From positions 10,026-42,025 of the forward strand of contig NZ_VICD02000084.1 in NCBI RefSeq assembly GCF_006546735.2: a stretch of DNA of 32,000 bases, in the 5' to 3' direction. This DNA comes from Marilutibacter maris. Its GTDB lineage: Bacteria > Pseudomonadota > Gammaproteobacteria > Xanthomonadales > Xanthomonadaceae. Below the pieces are notes generated by a model, which made no database searches, had not been told where the DNA came from, and saw only the letters and a list, made by a program, of their open reading frames with translations. Below, one piece after another: positions 19,701 to 27,158 of the stretch (position 1 is the stretch's first letter; the number at the start of each line of letters is the position of its first letter). A program made the position numbers and the translations under genes.

Positions 19701-22700
19701 TTCGGCTTCGTCGACCTCGCCCACCCCAATCTCAAGGACCTGTACCTGCTGGCGACCTATGCGCGCCTGATCAGGGCGTTCTCGACCACCGGCTTCATGA
19801 TCGCCGGCTATCTGATGGCGCCGATGCAGCCGCCGTACGTCAAGCTGCAGTCCCTGCAGGTGGTCACCGGCTGGCCGGTCGAGCAGTCCGCGGCGCTGAT
19901 CGAGGCGTTGTGGGGCAGCAACGAGGGCTTCAACAGCCTGCCCGGTCTCGACCGCATGCGCGTGTGCTTCAACAGCGCGGACAACTCCGGCGTGGAGCTG
20001 GAGTCGATGCTGGCGCTGGCATCCAGCGCCCGCTACCCGCGAATGCCGTTGCCGACCTTCTCCGGAGGCGACGCCTCGGCCTGGGCCCGCTGGGCGCGAC
20101 TGGCGCAGTCGGCGCTGGACATGCTCAAGGCCAAGTACGGGGACGCCGCCTGGGCCGAGATGTCGCGGCCGGCGGTCGACGCGGTGGCGGCCAATCGCCG
20201 CGACGCGCTGGTGGCGCTGGCGGTGCTGCTGTTGCGGCCGGACATTTCGATGATCGATTCGCCGCAGGGGCTGAGCGAATACCTGCTGATGGACGTGGAG
20301 TCGGGCAGCTGCAATACCACCACGCCGATCCTGGAGCTGACCCTGGCCGCGCAGATGTATCTGCAGCGCTGCCGCATGGCGCTGGAGCCGGGCGTGACCA
20401 GCGCCGAGATCTCCGACCTGACCTGGAGCTGGATGTCCAGCTACCGCCTGTGGGAAGCCAACCGCAAGGTCTTCATCTATCCCGAGAGCTACATCGACCC
20501 CACCCTCAGGCGCGCCCGCACGCCGCTGTTCTCGACCCTGCTGGAACAGTTGCAGCAGGGCGAGATCACCGATGCGGCGGTGACCAGCGCCTTCACCCAG
20601 TACCTGACCTCGCTGGACGAGCTGGCCAAGCTGCAGACGGTCGGCTCGGTCTACTGCACCGCGCCCGACCCGGATACCGGCGAGCTGGTCGACCAACTGA
20701 TCATGGTCGGCCGCACCGCGGACGAACCGTTCGGCTACTACCTGCGGACGATGGAGGACGGCGTGATCTGGTCGGCCTGGCACAAGATCGACCTCAAGAT
20801 CCCCGCGCCCAACGTCACCCCGGTCCACGCCTTCGGTCGCCTGTTCCTGTTCTGGGTGGAGACCGAGGAGGCCAGCATCGGCCTGATGGAGGGCACCAGC
20901 CAGGAAAACGTCAGCAGCCTGCGCGGTTCGATCCGCTACTCCTACCAGCGTCTGGACAAGACCTGGACCGCGCCGCAGCCGGTGCTGAGCGGCATCGTGT
21001 TCGACGCGATGCCGGACACCTACTCGACCTCGCTGCTGAGCACGAACAGCGACGACCCGCTGTCGGGCATCGATGTCGGCCAGCCGTACTGGTACCGGCC
21101 CTACGTCACCGTGGTGCCGGACGCGCCCGGGATGTCCGAACGCCTGGTGGTGGCCTTCGGCAATGCCTACGAGGCCAAGACCACCTCGACACTGAACCCG
21201 CCCGACAGGAACGACCCCGCCGCCGACCGCCTCCAGCTCAACGAAAGCGTCTACAACGCCTCACGGGTCGCCAATGCGGTACCCGCCGGCACCCCAGGCT
21301 CGGTGCAGTTGCTGCCGGTGGCCGTGCTCGACGACACCCTCTCCATCAGCGAAGCGTGGGCCTTCTTCCAGGACCACGACGGCGCGCCGCAACCCTTCGG
21401 CGCCACCGCGTACGAGAACACGTTCCGGCTGATTCCGAGCCAGAACGTGCTGATCGACAACATGCTCTCGGAAGGCTCGGATTACTACGAGCGTGTGTAT
21501 GCCGGCGGCGTCACCACCTCCTGCCTGTACAGCCTGTCCCGTCAGGCCCAGGTGATCGGCGTGGCCAACATGCCCGGCTGGTGGGTCTTCGACAACGGCG
21601 ACGAAGCGTTCCTGGCGGTGACCACCGAGGTCACCTTCAAGCAGATCGAGAAGATCGTCAGCATGGCGCCGAACGCGCTGTCCCTGGCCGACGGTCCGGA
21701 CGAGGTGTCGCTGAGCTGCGCCGCCTACAGCGACGAACCGATCAACGTGCAGGACGCGGTGGTGCAGTTCACCCGCCTGAGCACGGGCGCGGTCGGACAC
21801 ATGAACCGGGCGCTGTTCTCCGGCGGCATCGAGGCCCTGCTGTCCAACGCCACCCAGGTCGCGCCGGGACCGGGCTCGCTGTGCTTCACCCGTTTCTACA
21901 GCTCCACGCCGAACATCACCGCAACCTGCGAGCCGCAGGGCGGCGGCATGCCGCCGCCGCCGAACACGATTCCGCCGGACGTGCTCTGCGGCGGACAGGT
22001 CGATTTCAAGGGCGCGTACCGGCCGTACTTCGAGGAAGTCTTCTTCCACATCCCGTTCCTGCTGGCGACGATGCTCAGCGCCAACCAGCGCTTCGCCGAG
22101 GCCCAGCGCTGGTACGACTTCGTGTTTGATCCCACCGCCGCGGTGCAGGACCCGGATGCGCCGCAGCCGGCGGTGTTCTGGCAGTTCCAGCCGTTCCGCG
22201 AGGACACCTCGATGCCGTCGTTGTCGCAGGAGTTGTCCGACAACGCGGCGATCCTGCGCTGGAACAAGCACCCGTTCGATCCGTATTCGGTGGCGGACCT
22301 GCGTCCCAGCGCCTTCAGGAAGACGATGGTGATGCACTACATCGACAACCTGCTGGACTGGGGCGACGCGCAGTTCGCGCTGGATACGCGCGAGTCGCTC
22401 AACCAGGCGCTGCTGCTGTACCTGATGGCCTACGACCTGCTCGGACCCAGGCCGCGCGAACGCGGCACCATGCCGACGCCGGCGCCGCTCAACTTCCAGG
22501 ACATCCTCGACACCTACGGCGACGACATCCCGCAGTTCCTGATCGAGCTGGAGACCGCGTTGCCGCCCGCACCGCCGGCCCGGTTCCAGTACAACCCGGC
22601 CCCGTTCAACCTGATGCAGACCTATTTCGGCGTCGGCGAAAACGCCGACCTGGTCGCCTACTGGTCGCGCATCGAGGACCGCCTCTACAAGCTGCGCCAT

Positions 22701-24779
22701 TGCATGAACCTGGCCGGCGTGGTCCGGCAACTGCCGTTCTACCAACCGCCGATCGACCCCAACGCCCTGGTCGCGGCGGTCGCCAGGAACGGTGGGCAAT
22801 TGCCGGAGGTGATGGACCACAGTCCGGCGGCGGCGCCGAACTACCGCTTCCGCACCATGCTGGAACGGGCCAAGTCGCTGACCCAGACCCTGATCGGCTT
22901 CGGCGGCTCGCTGCTGGCGGCGCTGGAGAAGAAGGATGCCGAGGCGCTGGCGCTGCTGCAGAACGTGCAGGAGCGTGCCGTGCTCAGCCTCGGCACGCAG
23001 ATGAAGGAACAGCAGGTCATCGATGCCGAGCAATCCCTGGCCGGTCTGCAGACCTCCTATGCCTCGGCGGTCTACCGCCAGAACTACTACGCGAACCTGA
23101 TCGACGAGGGGCTGTCGCCGGCCGAGGAGGTCAACATCGCGATGATGGCGCTGGCCAACGTGTTCCAGACCCAATCCGGCGTCATGCGGGCCATGTCCAG
23201 CGCCGCCCACCTGATCCCGAACGCGGGCTCGCCGTTCGCGATGACTTACGGCGGCATCCAGATCGGCTTCGCCTTCGATGCCGCTTCGGCGATCTTCGAC
23301 ACGATCTCGCGCAACTTCGATTTCGCCTCCTCCCTCAGTTCGGTGCTGGCCGGCTATCAGCGCCGCAGCCAGGAGTGGTCGCTGCAGGCGCAGCTGGCCG
23401 GCTACGAGGCCAGCCAGCAACAGAGCCAGATCGCCGCCGCGCAGGCGCGGGTGACGATGGCCCAGCGCGATCTGCAGTTGAACGGTCTGCAGATCAGCCA
23501 GGCCGACGACACCGAGCGCTTCCTGACCGAGAAGTTCACCAACGCTGAGCTGTACAACTGGATGTCATCGCGGCTGTCCACGCTGTACTTCCAGACCTAC
23601 AAGCTCGCCTTCGAGCTGGCGATGGCGGCCCAGCGGGCCTACCAGTACGAGATGGACAGCGACGCCACCTTCGTCGACTTCCGCTACTGGGACAGCGGGC
23701 GCAAGGGTCTGCTGGCGGGCGAGGGCCTGCTGCTGGGGCTGAGCCAGATGGAAAGCAGCTTCCTGTCCGGCAACACGCGGCGCCTGAGCATCAGCAAGAC
23801 CGTCTCGCTGCGCGACCTCAACCCCAAGGCCCTGCTGGATCTCCAGAACACCGGCACCTGCAGCTTCGGATTGAGCGAACTGCTGTTCGACCTGGACTAC
23901 CCGGGCCACTACTGTCGCCGGATCCAGGGCCTGAAGGTCACCGTGCCCTCGGTCGTGGGACCGTACCAGGACCTGCACGGCCTGTTGACCCAGACCAGCA
24001 ACACGATCCTGATGAAGGACGATCCGGAGGCGGTCGCCTTCCTGCTCGGCGAGGAGACCTCGACGCCGGTCGACGGCGCGCTGCGCTTGAACTGGCGCGG
24101 CCAGCAGCAGATCGCCGTGTCGCGCGCGATCGACGACGATGGCGCGGGCGTGGAGTCCGGCGAAGACCGCTACGCGCCCTTCGAGGGCACCGGTGCGGTG
24201 TCGCAATGGCAGCTGGACATGCCCCAGCGCAACAACGGCTTCGACCTGGGCACGATCTCGGACGTGATCCTGCAGATCGACTACACCGCGCAGGCCGGCG
24301 GCCCCGGGTTCCGCAAGACCGTGACCGACATGCTCCCCACCGACATCGCCGGCGGTCGCCTGCTGGAGCTGAGCCAGTACACCGGCGCGTGGTACGCCTT
24401 CATGAACCCCGCCGCGGACGACACCGTGCAGACCCTGCAGTTCCGCGTGCCGCGCAACCTGTTCCCGTTCAACATCGACGGGGCGGTATCGCTGTCGGGC
24501 GCCTACCTGCAGCTGGTGGTCGAGCACACCACCTTCGTCGGCCCGATGCCGGTCACGCTGTCGGTGCCGGGCGAGGCCGACCCGACCCCGCTGACCTTCG
24601 CCAAGGACACCATTTCGGTGGCGACTTCGCTCGACGTGGAGCTGGACGCGACGGCGAACTGGGTCCTGCAGGTGAAGCGCTCCGACATCCCCGCCGAACT
24701 GAAGCTGGGGGACCGCCTGGACCCGGCCAGGCTGGTCGGGATCTACCTGGTGCTGACCTTCAGCGGACAGGTGGCCTGA
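16755..24779 (+). CDS. Tc toxin TcA subunit (pentameric translocation/receptor-binding component), 2674 aa
   Basis: GAGG lies 6 nt upstream of the ATG at 16755, 59 nt after the tcB-tcC stop. VRP1/SpvA-type motif LPSYTDLFGTLDYMKVPECQSVLGPSAYFVDLMRVIEE. Neuraminidase-like domain entry WEANRKVFIYPESYIDPTLRRARTPLF. Channel region FFHIPFLLATMLSANQRFAEAQRWYDFVFDP and a coiled-coil-like stretch near 23300-23560. The part of the track ORF upstream of 16755 overlaps tcB-tcC in another frame and is not genic. Confidence 0.95.
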   Translation: MLDSSVPGTPVGARRPATKLRVALSEIAHAHPTLAALPAARSGQDLLALNLWDRDTLARLGLDGDEHAAARASLHHYQRMAQIGVAPAGADTLKARGLTSAHHVAAVPRRRFISEHTDCLGSADEAARVHDEARGIQARVTHAWARLRDQLAPHVRDNRYLQPGDELVEAVADLPSYTDLFGTLDYMKVPECQSVLGPSAYFVDLMRVIEETIVAENPGIADAYKLATRRPDMFSTPLTCANALDPVSKVAIINEVISKRLSGALGADTDYAIATRVFPFFLPQNLHLLGLRATLGIGGQSLASVYEDFLAQDGGSADMPQPVDVASELLALSSEQRAIVVTADTTADTLAQYYGLPAGSDAPSPIALATDLGEVSVAKDQLAMTGSGFTDAVVGWVVNVGGTLRVINSVDSATTISVDTPWPADQTGVAAQAYPPQSVAQLAVFSKVTGIDTPGVCDLLSQNLSPDEIAAGLAGRFYINATGGGAPVAVLSDLTDANYSLDLLTGLSLDRLDRINRFLRLAASCAWPLADLDWAIACAAGGNLDEAALPQLALLARLQERLSLSLDEACGLFATVKTYGRGSDVRPLDLFDRVFNVTRVLEDGSPYRPRYADNPLFTSDPIEWSPNADDGDSRRVLAWLAGALRLSEADVRQLAAAVGGPAPILLDVPRLSRFYALARLARALKLKFPALMQAIELLGDGIPGTLEAVAALVAFKDAADQAGLSLDDIGYITNGPVLGKLPGALDPQTIPSFLSTLRTLGKAWLLEPHSFVFDNIDPERSANLFKAFVKAGCIDANGVVLLSSPPQFGAVAPLFPVTVKALQVRPLTQADAEQAHAELNANGILADNVLTAEVTPDTDLSFLFPGDPKQKSKIDAVQDVLLQASGDIVHTIAVVGDALGEQLLGIYTQLSLLYEDEVEMAQAVTSLTLGELGVPQQILLTPPTDIGAVVDALVNADRLAYAAGKLGIEAADMETACLIPVAFGFVDLAHPNLKDLYLLATYARLIRAFSTTGFMIAGYLMAPMQPPYVKLQSLQVVTGWPVEQSAALIEALWGSNEGFNSLPGLDRMRVCFNSADNSGVELESMLALASSARYPRMPLPTFSGGDASAWARWARLAQSALDMLKAKYGDAAWAEMSRPAVDAVAANRRDALVALAVLLLRPDISMIDSPQGLSEYLLMDVESGSCNTTTPILELTLAAQMYLQRCRMALEPGVTSAEISDLTWSWMSSYRLWEANRKVFIYPESYIDPTLRRARTPLFSTLLEQLQQGEITDAAVTSAFTQYLTSLDELAKLQTVGSVYCTAPDPDTGELVDQLIMVGRTADEPFGYYLRTMEDGVIWSAWHKIDLKIPAPNVTPVHAFGRLFLFWVETEEASIGLMEGTSQENVSSLRGSIRYSYQRLDKTWTAPQPVLSGIVFDAMPDTYSTSLLSTNSDDPLSGIDVGQPYWYRPYVTVVPDAPGMSERLVVAFGNAYEAKTTSTLNPPDRNDPAADRLQLNESVYNASRVANAVPAGTPGSVQLLPVAVLDDTLSISEAWAFFQDHDGAPQPFGATAYENTFRLIPSQNVLIDNMLSEGSDYYERVYAGGVTTSCLYSLSRQAQVIGVANMPGWWVFDNGDEAFLAVTTEVTFKQIEKIVSMAPNALSLADGPDEVSLSCAAYSDEPINVQDAVVQFTRLSTGAVGHMNRALFSGGIEALLSNATQVAPGPGSLCFTRFYSSTPNITATCEPQGGGMPPPPNTIPPDVLCGGQVDFKGAYRPYFEEVFFHIPFLLATMLSANQRFAEAQRWYDFVFDPTAAVQDPDAPQPAVFWQFQPFREDTSMPSLSQELSDNAAILRWNKHPFDPYSVADLRPSAFRKTMVMHYIDNLLDWGDAQFALDTRESLNQALLLYLMAYDLLGPRPRERGTMPTPAPLNFQDILDTYGDDIPQFLIELETALPPAPPARFQYNPAPFNLMQTYFGVGENADLVAYWSRIEDRLYKLRHCMNLAGVVRQLPFYQPPIDPNALVAAVARNGGQLPEVMDHSPAAAPNYRFRTMLERAKSLTQTLIGFGGSLLAALEKKDAEALALLQNVQERAVLSLGTQMKEQQVIDAEQSLAGLQTSYASAVYRQNYYANLIDEGLSPAEEVNIAMMALANVFQTQSGVMRAMSSAAHLIPNAGSPFAMTYGGIQIGFAFDAASAIFDTISRNFDFASSLSSVLAGYQRRSQEWSLQAQLAGYEASQQQSQIAAAQARVTMAQRDLQLNGLQISQADDTERFLTEKFTNAELYNWMSSRLSTLYFQTYKLAFELAMAAQRAYQYEMDSDATFVDFRYWDSGRKGLLAGEGLLLGLSQMESSFLSGNTRRLSISKTVSLRDLNPKALLDLQNTGTCSFGLSELLFDLDYPGHYCRRIQGLKVTVPSVVGPYQDLHGLLTQTSNTILMKDDPEAVAFLLGEETSTPVDGALRLNWRGQQQIAVSRAIDDDGAGVESGEDRYAPFEGTGAVSQWQLDMPQRNNGFDLGTISDVILQIDYTAQAGGPGFRKTVTDMLPTDIAGGRLLELSQYTGAWYAFMNPAADDTVQTLQFRVPRNLFPFNIDGAVSLSGAYLQLVVEHTTFVGPMPVTLSVPGEADPTPLTFAKDTISVATSLDVELDATANWVLQVKRSDIPAELKLGDRLDPARLVGIYLVLTFSGQVA

Positions 24780-24786
24780 ACGTCCT

Positions 24787-24877
24787 GCCGCCGCCCTCCT
24801 GTCGGGGAAGGCGGCGGCCCGGCCTGATCCGGCCGGACAGATCGGGCCGGACAGATCGGGCCGGCCGGATCAGGCCG
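24787..24877. terminator. compound bidirectional terminator between tcA and the convergent Hint/FN3 operon
   Basis: Hairpin 1: GCCGCCGCC (24787-24795) with GGCGGCGGC (24810-24818). Hairpin 2: perfect 16-bp stem CGGCCTGATCCGGCCG (24820-24835) with CGGCCGGATCAGGCCG (24862-24877). The loop region of hairpin 2 carries the tandem 14-mer GGACAGATCGGGCC twice (24836-24863); the last two bases of the second copy run into the 24862-24877 stem. Confidence 0.55.
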
Positions 24878-24883
24878 CTCGGA

Positions 24884-25225
24884 TCAGGGGTATGGAATCC
24901 CCACCGGGGTCGAGCTCAACGAATCCTTGGGCCGGCCCCGGATGATGGGCTCGACCACGACGGTGTAGACCCCGCCCGGATCGCAGGTGAAGTCGACCTG
25001 ATTGCCGGTCGCGGCGGGATCGCCGACCTCGAAATTGTTGAGCCGGGTGGCGCCGGTGATGATGCCGATGACGAAGCCCTCGCCCCCGTTGTAGTTCACC
25101 ACCTCCCAGTTCACGGTGACGACGTCGGCCTCGTAGGAGGTCGAGGTAACCACCATCGGTTGCTCCGCGGCCGCAGTGGAACCGCCGGCGCTGCGGGTAT
25201 CGTTGTCCGTGTTCTTGGCGCTCAT
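24884..25225 (-). CDS. small FN3-like protein S1 (113 aa), no signal peptide
   Basis: AAGGAG lies upstream. The ATG overlaps the H1 stop as ATGA. Disordered N-terminus (MSAKNTDNDTRSAGGSTAAAEQ), then an FN3-like strand pattern PMVVTSTSYEADVVTVNWEVV...GFVIGI...GVYTVVVEPIIRG...VGIPYP. Paralog of 26820-27158. Confidence 0.7.
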   Translation of the reverse strand: MSAKNTDNDTRSAGGSTAAAEQPMVVTSTSYEADVVTVNWEVVNYNGGEGFVIGIITGATRLNNFEVGDPAATGNQVDFTCDPGGVYTVVVEPIIRGRPKDSLSSTPVGIPYP

Positions 25226-26823
25226 GGATGCTGCTCCTTTGCTTCCGCTTTCGCCTCGGCCAATGCCGCCTTCATCGCACCGTCGCCGACCAGGATGCCG
25301 CCGGCGAAGTAGGTCGACCCCTGCTTCGGCGACACCCGCGCCGGCGTCAAGACCAGGTCGTAGACCTGCAGCGGCTCGGGCAACACCTCGGCGACGATGC
25401 GGGTCACCGGTGACGTCCCGCTGCTGGTGGTCAACTCGTCGCCCAGCCGCAGCTCCTGCGCCTGGACGATGCCACGCCGGGTCGGAATCGCGTGGATGGT
25501 GCTGACCTGCACGCTCTGACCGCCGGCCAGGGTCAGCGTCACCGACGCCTCGCGCATGCCCGAGGCAATGGCGGCGATCTCCAGGTCGCCGCCCTCGCTC
25601 TGGACCCGGTCCCCCACCTTCAGCTGCTCCACCGCCCGGGCGACGCCGGAAGCGAGGGTGACCCGGGTGCCCTTGGCGATGCAGCCGGCGACCACTTGCA
25701 CCGGCGGGATCTCGCGCGCGGTGATGGTGTCCTCGTCGATCTGGCTGCTCACCGTGGCCCAGGCCGGGCGTCCCTGCACGCGCACCGAAACGACCAGCGA
25801 GAAGTCGTACGCCCCGGTGGCGATCGCGCAACCGTTGTCGAAGCGCAGCGGATCGAACGACCAGCTCAGCGTGTCTCCCTCGACCCGCGTCCCCGGGTCT
25901 TCGAAGAAGGCATCGTCCAGCTCGGCGATCCGGCACGAGGCGGTCCCGTCCGGCGCCAGCATCACCAGCGTCGCGCTGGCATTGCTCGGCTTGCCCGAGC
26001 CGTCGACGTCGATATCGCCGTCGAACACCGCCGACCCGGCCACCGGCAACTGCAGCGGGGGCGGCGAGTCGATCGCCGCGAGCACGAAGTTGCAGGCCGG
26101 CGCGGGCGCTCCGGCGGCGGTGGCGCGATTGATGCACACCTGCACGTCGGTGTTGTCGGGTGCCGCGGCATTGAGCACCGGGGCCTGGTTCTCGACCCGG
26201 GTCGGATAGCCGGCAACGTCGCCACTGGCGTAATAGACGTCATGCGAACCGTCCGAATACAGCACGCTCGCGGTCGCCAGCGCGTTGAGCGGACGCTGCT
26301 CCGGGTTCTCGCCTCCGGAGACGTTGACCACCGCCGAGGGACTTTCGGTGACCTCGGTCGTGCCGCTCGCGACGACGGCGCCGCCCGGGCCGGTCATCAT
26401 CAGGGTCAGGGTGATCTTGTAGACATCGTCGTCGGAGACGTACAGGGCGCCGCTGGACACTGTCTTGCCGGCGTCGTCGCTGCCGAATCCCAGCAGGGTG
26501 AGGACCTGGTTTCTGGTGGCCTGGTTCCTGCTGGACTCGTTCCCGCTGCCCAGATTCATGCCGGCCCGCCGCTGACCGGCGCCCGTCCACTGGTACAGCG
26601 GACTGTCCGCCGCAACGCCGGCATGCCGCAGGTGGTCGCGATAGGCGCGTTGCTGCAGCGGATCGTCCAGATCGAGCAGACGCGCCCGCGGCGCCGGCTC
26701 AAGCCGCCCGGATTCCATCGCCGCCGCGTCCGCCTGCGCCTTCGATGGCGCCCATGGCGCCATCGCCAACAGGGTCGCCAGCGCCAGGGCGGCGGCCCGT
26801 GAACCGATATTCTGCATGGTCAT
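25222..26823 (-). CDS. secreted protein H1 with C-terminal Hint (Hedgehog/intein-like) domain (533 aa)
   Basis: AAGGGAG lies 6 nt upstream of the ATG at 26823. Sec signal MTMQNIGSRAAALALATLLAMAPWAPSKAQA|D. A beta-rich, Cys-containing central region. Hint block A at VVAG|CIAKGTRVTLASGVARAVEQLKVGDRV, block B-like VSTIHAIPT, and the terminal block VYDLVLTP...STYFAGGILVGD. Paralog of 27155-28903. Confidence 0.8.
   Translation of the reverse strand: MTMQNIGSRAAALALATLLAMAPWAPSKAQADAAAMESGRLEPAPRARLLDLDDPLQQRAYRDHLRHAGVAADSPLYQWTGAGQRRAGMNLGSGNESSRNQATRNQVLTLLGFGSDDAGKTVSSGALYVSDDDVYKITLTLMMTGPGGAVVASGTTEVTESPSAVVNVSGGENPEQRPLNALATASVLYSDGSHDVYYASGDVAGYPTRVENQAPVLNAAAPDNTDVQVCINRATAAGAPAPACNFVLAAIDSPPPLQLPVAGSAVFDGDIDVDGSGKPSNASATLVMLAPDGTASCRIAELDDAFFEDPGTRVEGDTLSWSFDPLRFDNGCAIATGAYDFSLVVSVRVQGRPAWATVSSQIDEDTITAREIPPVQVVAGCIAKGTRVTLASGVARAVEQLKVGDRVQSEGGDLEIAAIASGMREASVTLTLAGGQSVQVSTIHAIPTRRGIVQAQELRLGDELTTSSGTSPVTRIVAEVLPEPLQVYDLVLTPARVSPKQGSTYFAGGILVGDGAMKAALAEAKAEAKEQHP
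25282..25683 (-). other. Hint domain of H1 (Cys1 codon at 25681-25683)
   Basis: See the H1 motifs. Only 19 aa follow the domain (GAMKAALAEAKAEAKEQHP). Confidence 0.7.
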
Positions 26824-27158
26824 TTCGCACTCCCTTGCGATGCATCGGTGGGGGGATACGGGATCGGAACCACGTTGCTCTGGTTGGCCGTGTCGGGAAA
26901 TCCCGGACGCAGGATCGGCGTCACCCAGACCTGGTACTCGTCGCCGGCCTTGAGCAGGACCCCGAATGTCTTGGAAACGGCGTCGGGGTCGTCGACCGGC
27001 ACGTTGTTCATGCCGACCGAGACCTGCAGCAGCGTGACGATGTAGCCGGAGAGTCCCGATTCGGAGAACGGCTCCCACTCCACCGTGACCGCCGAACCGT
27101 CATAGCTCGCCGAGGTGATCACCATCGGCGAGGTGGTGTCCCTGCCCGCGCCGCTCAT
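26820..27158 (-). CDS. small FN3-like protein S2 (112 aa), no signal peptide
   Basis: The ATG overlaps the H2 stop (ATGA) and its own stop overlaps the H1 start (ATGA). MSGAGRDTTSPMVITSASYDGSAVTVEWEPF...GYIVTLL...DEYQVWVTPILRPG...VVPIPYP. It shares blocks with S1: PMV[VI]TS.SY, VTV.WE, Y.V.V.PI.R, P.PYP. Confidence 0.7.
   Translation of the reverse strand: MSGAGRDTTSPMVITSASYDGSAVTVEWEPFSESGLSGYIVTLLQVSVGMNNVPVDDPDAVSKTFGVLLKAGDEYQVWVTPILRPGFPDTANQSNVVPIPYPPTDASQGSAK

Noticed and set aside
25226-26137. N-terminal extension of S1 (417-aa track ORF), and the plus-strand ORFs 25492-26802 and 27176-28918.
   Set aside because: They overlap H1 and H2 out of frame or antisense. H1 and H2 have signal peptides, Hint motifs and SD sequences, and the alternatives are Arg/Gly-rich.
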